Under the pieces are notes generated by a model that worked only from the letters and a program-made list of their open reading frames with translations, did not search any database and was not told where the DNA came from. A stretch of 15,347 bases of DNA from Methanothrix sp. (GTDB lineage: Archaea; Halobacteriota; Methanosarcinia; Methanotrichales; Methanotrichaceae), in contig JBAXWY010000056.1 in NCBI GenBank assembly GCA_037128175.1, positions 1-15,347 of the forward strand, written 5' to 3'. Positions 7,639-14,997 of this stretch are shown piece after piece. Position 1 is the stretch's first letter; each line of letters opens with the position of its first letter. A program made the position numbers and the translations under genes.

Positions 7639-8027
7639 AAACCTGACTCCCGTTTGAATATTGCTCCTCTGTGCAGTGCTTCCGAGCTGCTGCCCGGAGC
7701 TGCCACAATGCTCTCTTTTGCTTCCTCCACTACCGCTACCACTTCCCGGCTGCGAAGCTGGCGGGCGAGCTTCAGGTAGTACTCCGCCTTCAGATGAGGC
7801 GAGTTGTCGAGGTCGCCCACATAAGAGACGGCCATGCTGGAGTACCGGGCAGCTATAGCTTCAGCCGCATCGGCTGCCGCCAGATTCAGGCTTTCGGGAT
7901 AGAGGCTCAGGAAGTGGTTGACCTCCTCATCAGAGAGGCGCTGGTCTTCCTGGTTGGTATCGCCCACGGCCAGCCGCAGGGCATCTCTTGTGCTCCCTCC
8001 GGGATTGTTGGTATAAGTCCAGCTCAC
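7635..8027 (-). CDS. Head-tail adaptor (connector) protein
   Basis: MSWTY...RDALRLAVGDT...LSDEEV...AAADAAEAIAARY; lies directly after the major capsid gene. GTG at 8027 is preferred over TTG at 8036 because of its spacing from GAGGAG. Confidence 0.7.
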   Translation of the reverse strand: MSWTYTNNPGGSTRDALRLAVGDTNQEDQRLSDEEVNHFLSLYPESLNLAAADAAEAIAARYSSMAVSYVGDLDNSPHLKAEYYLKLARQLRSREVVAVVEEAKESIVAAPGSSSEALHRGAIFKRESGL

Positions 8028-8042
8028 GGCTTTCAACTCCTC

Positions 8043-8048
8043 AAAAAA
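8043..8048 (-). terminator. Possible oligo-T terminator/attenuator after the major capsid gene
   Basis: T6 run in the short gap after the MCP stop; no hairpin (archaeal-style). Weak evidence. Confidence 0.25.
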
Positions 8049-8066
8049 GTGGTTGGCAGGACCGAG

Positions 8067-9041
8067 TTATGCGATTACGCCTGCCGCGTAAACAGCCATA
8101 TCGGCAGCCACCTGCTTGCAGTCAAAGGCCATCTCTCCTTCAACTCTGTCCGACTCCACATTCTCCATGCGGAACTTCTTGATACGAGCACCGAACCTGG
8201 AAGCCCCGAAGTAGCCCTTCCAGGAGAATATGTATCCAGCCGAAGGCGTGAGCAGAGACGGCTTTTCCGGAGCATAGCAAAGCAGGATCTTCTTGCTCAC
8301 GATGCGCTGGAAGGTTCCAGTCTTGCCCTTGGCCGCAGTATTCACGACACCTCTTGGCACCAGGAATTTTTCCACCCCGAAGAGTTCGGCCAGGAGTTGC
8401 TCGGTGACCACGCCTTTCTGGGTGTATTTGATGGTGTCTTTCACTTCTGGACTTACCTTGAGAGTTGCCAGAACATCAGGAGCACAAACGATGATATTGG
8501 GCTCAAATCCAGTAGTAGAGGCTACATACTCCTTCCAGTCCTCGATGTTCTTGAGGATGGTAGCTCCTGACTGGTCCCACTGCTTGAACTCTCCTGCACC
8601 GGGGGAGCCAGAAACGCCGGTCAGGTTCGTTCCCCAGACATTGGTCAGGTAGGCGGCGGCCCAGACTCTCTCCCGCTTGAGGAGCATCTTCTGGCTCACA
8701 AAGAGGGTGCCGTCTCTGTCAGCATCGATGGGCATGTCCTGGTTTGCCCGGGTGTCGTCGTCTATGTCCTTATGGAAGGCATACTTCTTGCAAAAGAAGT
8801 TGGGAGTGGTATCCACTTCATAGCTGCCGCCGGCGGACTCCGTTCCTGGAGCTCTCTCCTGAGCTTCATCTCGAAGCCAATCTTCTTTGCTGTAAGTTAT
8901 GTAGCGGTCGCTCTTATTGTCCACAGGCACGACCGGGAATGCCTGGTCGGCCACGAAAGAGCCCTGTTTCTGAATGTAAGCGGTGGAAATGTTTCCGAGC
9001 AGGCGGTTTACGTGAACATCACCTGCTGTAGGTTGAGGCAT
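8067..9041 (-). CDS. Major capsid protein (HK97 fold, Phage_cap_E-like)
   Basis: 324 aa. VHVNRLLGNISTAY...FVADQAFPVVPV...RAPGTES...LLAELFGVEK...PSAGYIF; follows the scaffold and cement genes; strongest RBS in the window. Confidence 0.88.
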   Translation of the reverse strand: MPQPTAGDVHVNRLLGNISTAYIQKQGSFVADQAFPVVPVDNKSDRYITYSKEDWLRDEAQERAPGTESAGGSYEVDTTPNFFCKKYAFHKDIDDDTRANQDMPIDADRDGTLFVSQKMLLKRERVWAAAYLTNVWGTNLTGVSGSPGAGEFKQWDQSGATILKNIEDWKEYVASTTGFEPNIIVCAPDVLATLKVSPEVKDTIKYTQKGVVTEQLLAELFGVEKFLVPRGVVNTAAKGKTGTFQRIVSKKILLCYAPEKPSLLTPSAGYIFSWKGYFGASRFGARIKKFRMENVESDRVEGEMAFDCKQVAADMAVYAAGVIA

Positions 9042-9048
9042 TTTTTCT

Positions 9049-9057
9049 TCACCTCCT
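9049..9057 (-). promoter_or_regulatory. Strong ribosome-binding site AGGAGGTGA of the major capsid gene
   Basis: TAGGAGGTGAAGAAAAAATG: extended complement to the 16S rRNA 3' end, 7 nt before the ATG. Confidence 0.75.
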
Positions 9058-9781
9058 ATTCGATAGCGATCATTAACACGCCTTCACCCTCCGCAAAGGC
9101 GGTGACGTTCGAAGCTTCTATGCTGATGGAGTCTTCAGCGCCGAAGACATTGTTTCCAGAAATGGCGGCAGCCTCGACTTTGCTTCCCTTGGGAGTGCAG
9201 TTGGCAGAAGTGAGCTGCAACACGCCCCCGGTTACATTGGTGGAGTTGATCTCCAAATTGAGATCTGCCGTTTTGGCTGCGGTTGTGGCAGGATCGGTGA
9301 TAGTAAACCACCATTTGATGATCCGCCCCGGAAATCCAGGAACGATCTCCGTAACCAGATCGCCATTGGCTATCTTGGATAGCTTGTAGGGGATGGACAG
9401 AACGCTCTTCTGGATGGCTCCTGCACTGGCCCTGGAGACCAGGTAGACGCTATGGATTTCACCAACAGAACCAGATTCTGCTGCCACGGCCACCTGGGCA
9501 TCGTTGCCTGTAGCCGGGACCAACCGGCCCGATGCGTCGGGCGTCAGGTTCTGGTTTGCAGTCACAGAGGCACCATAAACGGCCATGCTCTTTCCCAGGC
9601 AGCAGACTGCTCCTACCTGGCCGGAAGCCGGCTTATCCTGCAAGATGCCAAGCGAGTTCTCCCCGGCACCGGAGAGGATCATCAGGCCGGAGGCATTGAG
9701 CTTGATGCAGTGAAACTGCTTGTCAGAAAGGTCAGCGCCAGCCATGATGCTGGTGGAGTAAACAATCTCCTCGCCGGCCAT
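9056..9781 (-). CDS. Capsid cement/decoration protein (DUF2190-like N-domain plus extra C-terminal beta domain)
   Basis: AGADLSDKQFHCIKL...GILQDKPASGQVGAV...G.S...LTPDASGR...AVAAESGSVGEI; located between scaffold and MCP. Confidence 0.7.
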   Translation of the reverse strand: MAGEEIVYSTSIMAGADLSDKQFHCIKLNASGLMILSGAGENSLGILQDKPASGQVGAVCCLGKSMAVYGASVTANQNLTPDASGRLVPATGNDAQVAVAAESGSVGEIHSVYLVSRASAGAIQKSVLSIPYKLSKIANGDLVTEIVPGFPGRIIKWWFTITDPATTAAKTADLNLEINSTNVTGGVLQLTSANCTPKGSKVEAAAISGNNVFGAEDSISIEASNVTAFAEGEGVLMIAIE

Positions 9782-10653
9782 TACTTGCCCCTCCTCTTTA
9801 CGGTTTTCTGGCGCTCATCTTCGTACTTATCGTACAGCTCAGGATTCTCGTCCAGGACCTTGCAGACTGCATCTTCCAGGGTCAGATCGCCGTCCTTGGC
9901 CACCATGGCCCTGGCTTTAGCGTAGACCTGCGCCTCTGCATCCGACTCACCGGATCCAGCCTTGCCGATCTCTTTGAAGAGCTCGGACTTCTCGATAGCT
10001 GCATCTGCCGCCTTGAGAACCCTGAAGATCTCCGAGAACTCAGCCGGGTGGCCTTCGCCCAGGGCCTTTAACACAGGACCGAACTTGATGGGCTCAATTG
10101 CCAGATGGGGAAGATCCTCGGCCTTCTCGACATACTCTTTGAGGATCTTCTCTTCCTTCAGCTCCTTGGCAATCTGCTTGGCTTCTTTAGCCTCGGCCTT
10201 GGTTACAACGTTCTCCTCCAGGAGCTGCTTTACAACGGCCTGAGTCTCGGGGTCCATCTTGGCGATGGCCTCTTTCGATAGTTCGCTTGCAGCTTGCTTT
10301 TTAGTCTCCTTTCCCGCTTTGTTAGGCACATCTTCCTTTTCAAATTCAGGTAAGGCAAGCCCCGCACATTTTGCCAGGATCGCAATTGCGTTCTCGGGAA
10401 GGGCGTCTTTGTAAGCCTTGAGAACCTTGGCCGCTCCCACAAGCGCCTCGGCCCCCTCGCCCTCCAGGCCTGCCTCCTGGAGAGCTTTTGCCAGATCCTC
10501 GTCCGGCGTCTCCAGGATGGTCTTCACGATGTCTTCTTTCAATTCTTTAATTTCCTTCACCACCAGGAACTGCTTCTTGTTCGCCCCACGAGGAACGAAG
10601 CTTATGAACTTCGCTTCCGATTCAAGCAAATCGTACTCTTGGGACCCGTACAC
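9781..10653 (-). CDS. Capsid scaffolding protein with an N-terminal protease-derived segment
   Basis: Glu/Lys/Ala-rich helical protein ending AVCKVLDENPELYDKY; N-terminal ISFVPRGAN...FLVVK. GTG at 10653 follows GGAGG (the track starts it at TTG 10665). Confidence 0.7.
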   Translation of the reverse strand: MYGSQEYDLLESEAKFISFVPRGANKKQFLVVKEIKELKEDIVKTILETPDEDLAKALQEAGLEGEGAEALVGAAKVLKAYKDALPENAIAILAKCAGLALPEFEKEDVPNKAGKETKKQAASELSKEAIAKMDPETQAVVKQLLEENVVTKAEAKEAKQIAKELKEEKILKEYVEKAEDLPHLAIEPIKFGPVLKALGEGHPAEFSEIFRVLKAADAAIEKSELFKEIGKAGSGESDAEAQVYAKARAMVAKDGDLTLEDAVCKVLDENPELYDKYEDERQKTVKRRGK

Positions 10654-12010
10654 CTTTTCCTCCAATACTGAAGGCCTTGTAAACGCCTGATTTGATCTTC
10701 TGCCAAATCACATCGTCAAAGACTTTGACTCCGATAACCCACGAGACGGCTTTGATAAGCTGTCCGAAGAGGGTTACATCCTCTCTGAAGACCCAGGAAT
10801 CCACAAGCACAGCAGCAACCTGTTTCCAGTTGTGCCGGTCGTCGAACTTCCTGGACCGGATCATATAGTCGTGGGCCATGTCCTCGATAGTACGGGCACT
10901 CATCACATCGCCCTGAGCATCTACCATATCGGACTCGGCAATCACGCCGTACACCAAGCGCCTCTCCTCATCGGCCTTGAAAATCGGGGCGTGAAATTCG
11001 TCTCCAACGACAGGAACTTCCTTAAGATTCCAACTATTTAAATTAAGATCGATGTTCTGGGCCTCGGCCAGAGCCTCTTTGAGGCGCTTGACCTTCCGGG
11101 CCAGCTCCCCGGAGTCACCATGGCGAAGGACGGCATGAGGATGAGGCATCGCAATTCCGGCCAGGCCCTCCTCTGCCGCGGCTTTTCCCAAGGCTACTAC
11201 GACCCTGGGGTTCATGGTTTGCAGTTGCTGCAAAATCCAGGGCCGCCAGGCGTCCACCTCATCATAAGTCGGCTCACGATTGAGGCAGCGGGGCACGAGG
11301 TAGAGAAAACCGGTCTCTTCTTCCTGGAGGCCAGCCGGCTCCAGGATGGACTTCTGAAAGAGCCTCCTGCCTTCGCCGGCCAGGGGCACACCTCTCGCTA
11401 CTTCGATCCTGTTAGGAGAGGCGGCGACAAAGACCGCCTTTGCGTTCGCAACACGCAGCGGCTGCATCTCCGCCTTGAGGAGCACGGCCCTCTCCGCTCC
11501 GCCCTTGACGATGGTAGCTCCTCCAGCCCAGCGGTCCAGGATCGACAGCTCGCGGCGGGTGGCGAAGGCCCGCTTCTGTCCGGCCTTTTCCACGTAGAGA
11601 CTCGTGCCATTTCCAAGGGATGGCTCACAATGAGCCCAGAGTTCGTCAAAGCTGGAAAAGTACTTCATTCGATTCACATCCTTTTGGAGAATTGGGATTT
11701 GACGCATTTCGCCCAGGCCCGCTTCTGGAGACAGGGGCATGATGAACTTCAGATCCTCATCACCGATCTGAGAGAGCTCTGGTGCCGTCTCGTTCGTTTC
11801 AAAGCTGACCCTCTGCAGGCCAGGGATTTCTTCATCCGGCATCATCTCTGAATATTCAGGGTCCTCTACCTCAGACAGCTCAGGGTAGCAAACACAATTA
11901 TCATGAATTTGCTGAAAAGGTACAGAGAGAGGGAAGAACTGGCCTTCTCTTTCCTGGCAAGCTTTGCAGGGTGCGCTATTTCCACACCTCCACCACCAGC
12001 CGTTTACCAT
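10622..12010 (-). CDS. Fusion protein: MuF-like Zn motif, degenerate family-4 UDG-like domain and XkdF-type prohead protease
   Basis: aa 15-41 CKAC...HDNCVC; aa ~188-315 AKAVFVAASP...GVPLAGEG...PRVVVALGKAA...HPHAVLR; aa ~339-455 IFKADEERRLVYG...DAQGD...DDRH...WQKIKSGVYKAFSIGG. Confidence 0.8.
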   Translation of the reverse strand: MVNGWWWRCGNSAPCKACQEREGQFFPLSVPFQQIHDNCVCYPELSEVEDPEYSEMMPDEEIPGLQRVSFETNETAPELSQIGDEDLKFIMPLSPEAGLGEMRQIPILQKDVNRMKYFSSFDELWAHCEPSLGNGTSLYVEKAGQKRAFATRRELSILDRWAGGATIVKGGAERAVLLKAEMQPLRVANAKAVFVAASPNRIEVARGVPLAGEGRRLFQKSILEPAGLQEEETGFLYLVPRCLNREPTYDEVDAWRPWILQQLQTMNPRVVVALGKAAAEEGLAGIAMPHPHAVLRHGDSGELARKVKRLKEALAEAQNIDLNLNSWNLKEVPVVGDEFHAPIFKADEERRLVYGVIAESDMVDAQGDVMSARTIEDMAHDYMIRSRKFDDRHNWKQVAAVLVDSWVFREDVTLFGQLIKAVSWVIGVKVFDDVIWQKIKSGVYKAFSIGGKGVRVPRVRFA

Positions 12011-13407
12011 CAGGCAGCCACCTCCTCGCTCTCTTCAATGCCAGGCTCTGCTTCTGGCCTCTTTTGCTGCAGGGAATTTTTTGGAGCGGAAGCCGGCTTT
12101 GCTTTTCTCCGAGATGGCTGCTGCATGTCTCTCAAGGGCAGATCGGCAATGCCTCGCAGGTGATTTTCCAGCCGGTCGTCCAGCACCATGCCCATATTGG
12201 TTAGCCTTTCCAGGAAGTTGCCCAGCGCCTCAAGATTGGTGGGCTCTGCTTTCCCGTGTGCGAGATAGGGAAGCTCATCCCTCTCCCAACCGTTCAGTTC
12301 GAAGAGCTCAGGAACGGCCTGGGTGTTTATCGTCTCAGCGATATTATCGAGCAATGACATCAGCGACTGATAGAACATCTTGGACTTGGTATCAGACAAC
12401 GCATAGCTGCCCTGCTTTTGCTGGCCCAAGAGCAAGAAATCGGCCATAACCGTCAGAGCAATGCGGGTGTCGTATCGGGTGATAACGCGGCTGGTATCGA
12501 ACTGGCGAGTTCCGCTGCTGGCAAGGAGCTTGAACTCATAGAGCCGGTTACCATTGGCATCAAAGACCGCAGGCAGGAGAATGCCTTCTGCTTCGTCCCT
12601 CCGGATGTTGGAAATCACATCCATGAAGTCATTGTAGGCTTCAGTTGCCTTGTCGGTCTTCTGCTCAAAGACCTCTAATGGAATATAGAGAGTCGGATAA
12701 CCGGCGAGGTCACGCTCGATTCCGATCCCTTCCAGATCCTCGATCTGAGTTTTCATATAGTAGCTTCGACGAGCGTTTCTGAGGGGGGACCGGCCCTCCG
12801 GATTGCCCTTGGACGAAGTGGTTACAAAATGCAGAGCCTTGTCAAGTGGAATCCTACGCTCCTGGTAGTCCGGAGCCGGGATCTGGCTCATGCCAATGAG
12901 AGTGTCTGTGTCCTCGTCATAGATCCATTCGTTCAGGCTCTCCTGGGCTCGGGGAGCCCATTTGGCCCAGCCTATTTTGCCATCGTTATACTGGCTGTGG
13001 AACCTGGGATCTTTCTGTCTCGGACCCCGGCGGATCTTGAAGACCTTCTCGAAGTAGCCCCAGCCGAAGGTCAGAATGGAAAAGATCTCATCCAGAGTGG
13101 AGGGCCAGGGGTAGGACATGTCATAGATGCAGCTCTCCAGATACTTGGCGTCCTCCTGGCCTTCCTCGCTGCTGTTGGCGGGAACGGCGAACCAGGGAAC
13201 CGATTTAGCGATCTCCTTGATGGCAAACAGGTATCCGCCAATGATGGCATCGCTGTCGGCCATCCTCTTGTAGACCTCAGCGCCCTTTCTGCCCTGCAGT
13301 TCAGGAAGCCACTCTTCAGAGATGTAGCCGCCGAAGCGAGTCAGACCCGTCCGGCCCATCTCGACCAGTTTCATGTTCTTCTTTGCCACTATCTTCTCCC
13401 TCTCCAT
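12010..13407 (-). CDS. Portal protein (DUF935 / Mu gp29-like)
   Basis: 465 aa. EEWLPELQG...VYKRM...GNPEGRSPLR...EGIGIERDLAGYP...ADFLLLG...GSYALS; follows terL. Confidence 0.88.
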   Translation of the reverse strand: MEREKIVAKKNMKLVEMGRTGLTRFGGYISEEWLPELQGRKGAEVYKRMADSDAIIGGYLFAIKEIAKSVPWFAVPANSSEEGQEDAKYLESCIYDMSYPWPSTLDEIFSILTFGWGYFEKVFKIRRGPRQKDPRFHSQYNDGKIGWAKWAPRAQESLNEWIYDEDTDTLIGMSQIPAPDYQERRIPLDKALHFVTTSSKGNPEGRSPLRNARRSYYMKTQIEDLEGIGIERDLAGYPTLYIPLEVFEQKTDKATEAYNDFMDVISNIRRDEAEGILLPAVFDANGNRLYEFKLLASSGTRQFDTSRVITRYDTRIALTVMADFLLLGQQKQGSYALSDTKSKMFYQSLMSLLDNIAETINTQAVPELFELNGWERDELPYLAHGKAEPTNLEALGNFLERLTNMGMVLDDRLENHLRGIADLPLRDMQQPSRRKAKPASAPKNSLQQKRPEAEPGIEESEEVAA

Positions 13408-13973
13408 TTACTGCGTTTTTTGGGAACGCCAGGCGAGACCACCGGGGCTGCGACCTGGAAATTGTTTAATAGCTCAATGCATCCGGTAACAGCGTCCACG
13501 ATGTCGTCGTGATCTCCGCCCGGAAAATTGGTGAATTCGTAAAGCAGCGTCTCAAACCAGGAGGCATTTTTGCGATAGAACAGCTTGCCTGCGGCACCGC
13601 GGGCCGAGCAGAGCAAAGCGCGGCTCACTTTGTCTTTATTGACCGAAACGGGATAGAAGGCGACACTGCGAAGGCGCTTCTCCCGGACCAGCTCCTGGAA
13701 GGAGGAGAGCTGAAAGCCATTGGTCTCCACACCGGCCAGGCCGACCCCCTGGGAGAGGATCTCGTCTATGATGTGCTCTTTTGCATCCGGCCACTCCCAC
13801 CGGCCACGAAGGATATTGAGGATGTAGATGTTCGCCTTCTCATCCAGGCCACAGGTGGCGATAACCGTAAAATCGGCGCGCGTATTCGTGCTGGTGGCCA
13901 GGTCAATGAAAGTGCCGATCTTGAGAGACGACCGCTCGATGACGGGAAGTTCATAGACGCAGTCTTGAATCAT
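13389..13973 (-). CDS. terL: Terminase large subunit, nuclease (RNase H-like) domain as a separate ORF
   Basis: From ATG 13973: FIDLA...ADFTVI...GVETNGFQ...DKVSRA...FPGGDHDDIVDA, with acidic catalytic motifs intact. The upstream 135 codons of the track ORF are not terminase-like. Confidence 0.85.
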   Translation of the reverse strand: MIQDCVYELPVIERSSLKIGTFIDLATSTNTRADFTVIATCGLDEKANIYILNILRGRWEWPDAKEHIIDEILSQGVGLAGVETNGFQLSSFQELVREKRLRSVAFYPVSVNKDKVSRALLCSARGAAGKLFYRKNASWFETLLYEFTNFPGGDHDDIVDAVTGCIELLNNFQVAAPVVSPGVPKKRSKWRGRR

Positions 13974-14023
13974 GATTTCATGGATTCCAATCAACCGGGG
14001 TTGCGGGCAGGCGGAACAGCTAC

Positions 14024-14070
14024 GGGGATGAGGGGGGTGGGGTCCGGGGAGGGGGGAGAAGGGGCAGGGG
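14024..14070 (+). other. G-run tract with G-quadruplex potential (C-rich on the mRNA strand)
   Basis: GGGG-ATGA-GGGGGG-T-GGGG-TCC-GGGG-A-GGGGGG-AGAA-GGGG-CA-GGGG: seven runs of at least 4 G in 47 nt. Confidence 0.85.
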
Positions 14071-14076
14071 CTTTGT

Positions 14077-14997
14077 TTATTCCAGCACCTCCACCGGCCG
14101 GAAGTACTCCTGGTGGAAGAGGGCACCCTCTCTCCTGATGGGCGTCTGCTGGTACTCAGAGAGCCAGTTGTAAGGCCCGATGTCCTCCTTGATAGCGTAA
14201 AGAGAAGGCAATGGATACTTTTCCGGCCAGAGAGCCTCTCCCGGCTGCCGGCCCAGAGGATCCTCCAGCTCGGCGAGAGCCGGAAGCCGGTACTCGACCC
14301 AGGGAGGAGAGTATCTCTGGCCTCCTGCCTCGACATCGACCTTGCGGCCAACCAGCCGACCGGTGAAATCGTCCACATGCCAGCGGGTGGCCATGACGAT
14401 GACGACCCCGAAGGGCGCCCAGGGCATAGGTTCCAGGCGTTCTCTGGCCGTCCCGGTCCACCAATCCCAGACCTTCTCTCGCATAGTCAGGGACTCGGCC
14501 TGCTCCCGGTCCTTGTGGGGATCATCGATTATCATTACCTGAGAACCGCGGCCAGTAACGGCTGCCTGAGTTCCCACCGCATTCATACCGCCGCCTTCTG
14601 TGGTATCCCAGCGGTTGGCTGCCGAGGAATCGCCGGAGATCTCAACCCGAAGCTCCCCCGGATGCTCCTGGATGGTGTTTCTCACCTTGCGGCCCCAGGT
14701 TGCCGCATAATCGGACTCGTAGCTGGCCAGGATGACTCTGTACTGGGGGAATAGATCGAGAAACCACACCGGCAACCAGTGAGAGACTAAAGCCGACTTG
14801 CCATGGCGAGGCGGCATGCTGATGATCAGCCTGGGACAGCGCCCGGCCACGGCCTGGGTGAGCAGAAAGGACAGCTCACGAAGGTGGCGGTAGAGTCTCC
14901 ACTTCCCGCCCGAAAGCCTCTGAGCAAATGTCCCCGGCGTAGCCCTCCAGGCGTTCTGCAAGAGAAGCCGCGAGTCGAACGGCTTCGGGGTCGGCAA
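14077..14997 (-). CDS. terL: Terminase large subunit, ATPase domain as a separate ORF
   Basis: Walker A MPPRHGKS, Walker B VMIIDDP, coupling motif MATRWH, YQQTP; TTG start 7 nt after GAGGAG; TAA at 14077-14079. Confidence 0.9.
   Translation of the reverse strand: MPTPKPFDSRLLLQNAWRATPGTFAQRLSGGKWRLYRHLRELSFLLTQAVAGRCPRLIISMPPRHGKSALVSHWLPVWFLDLFPQYRVILASYESDYAATWGRKVRNTIQEHPGELRVEISGDSSAANRWDTTEGGGMNAVGTQAAVTGRGSQVMIIDDPHKDREQAESLTMREKVWDWWTGTARERLEPMPWAPFGVVIVMATRWHVDDFTGRLVGRKVDVEAGGQRYSPPWVEYRLPALAELEDPLGRQPGEALWPEKYPLPSLYAIKEDIGPYNWLSEYQQTPIRREGALFHQEYFRPVEVLE

Noticed and set aside
7671-8570. 299-aa plus-strand ORF, and the other long plus-strand ORFs (8772-9389, 11120-11851, 12829-13512, 13509-14138, 14113-14754)
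   Set aside because: Antisense shadows of well-supported minus-strand genes in GC-rich DNA; no recognisable motifs.
11470-11760. YFSSFDELW...LYVEKAGQKR as a remnant of ATP-dependent ligase motif I (KxDGxR)
   Set aside because: The Asp and all downstream ligase motifs are missing and the segment is too short; needs a profile search.
13974-14076. Intein, group I/II intron or bulge-helix-bulge intron in terL
   Set aside because: Contains an in-frame stop and a frame change, is only ~100 nt long, and the C-rich RNA shows no end pairing that I could find.
13974-14378. First 135 codons of the 329-aa track ORF as part of the nuclease
   Set aside because: Out-of-frame overlap with the ATPase plus a low-complexity Pro-rich stretch; terminase similarity begins only after ATG 13973. 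Relevant only if a frameshift occurs.
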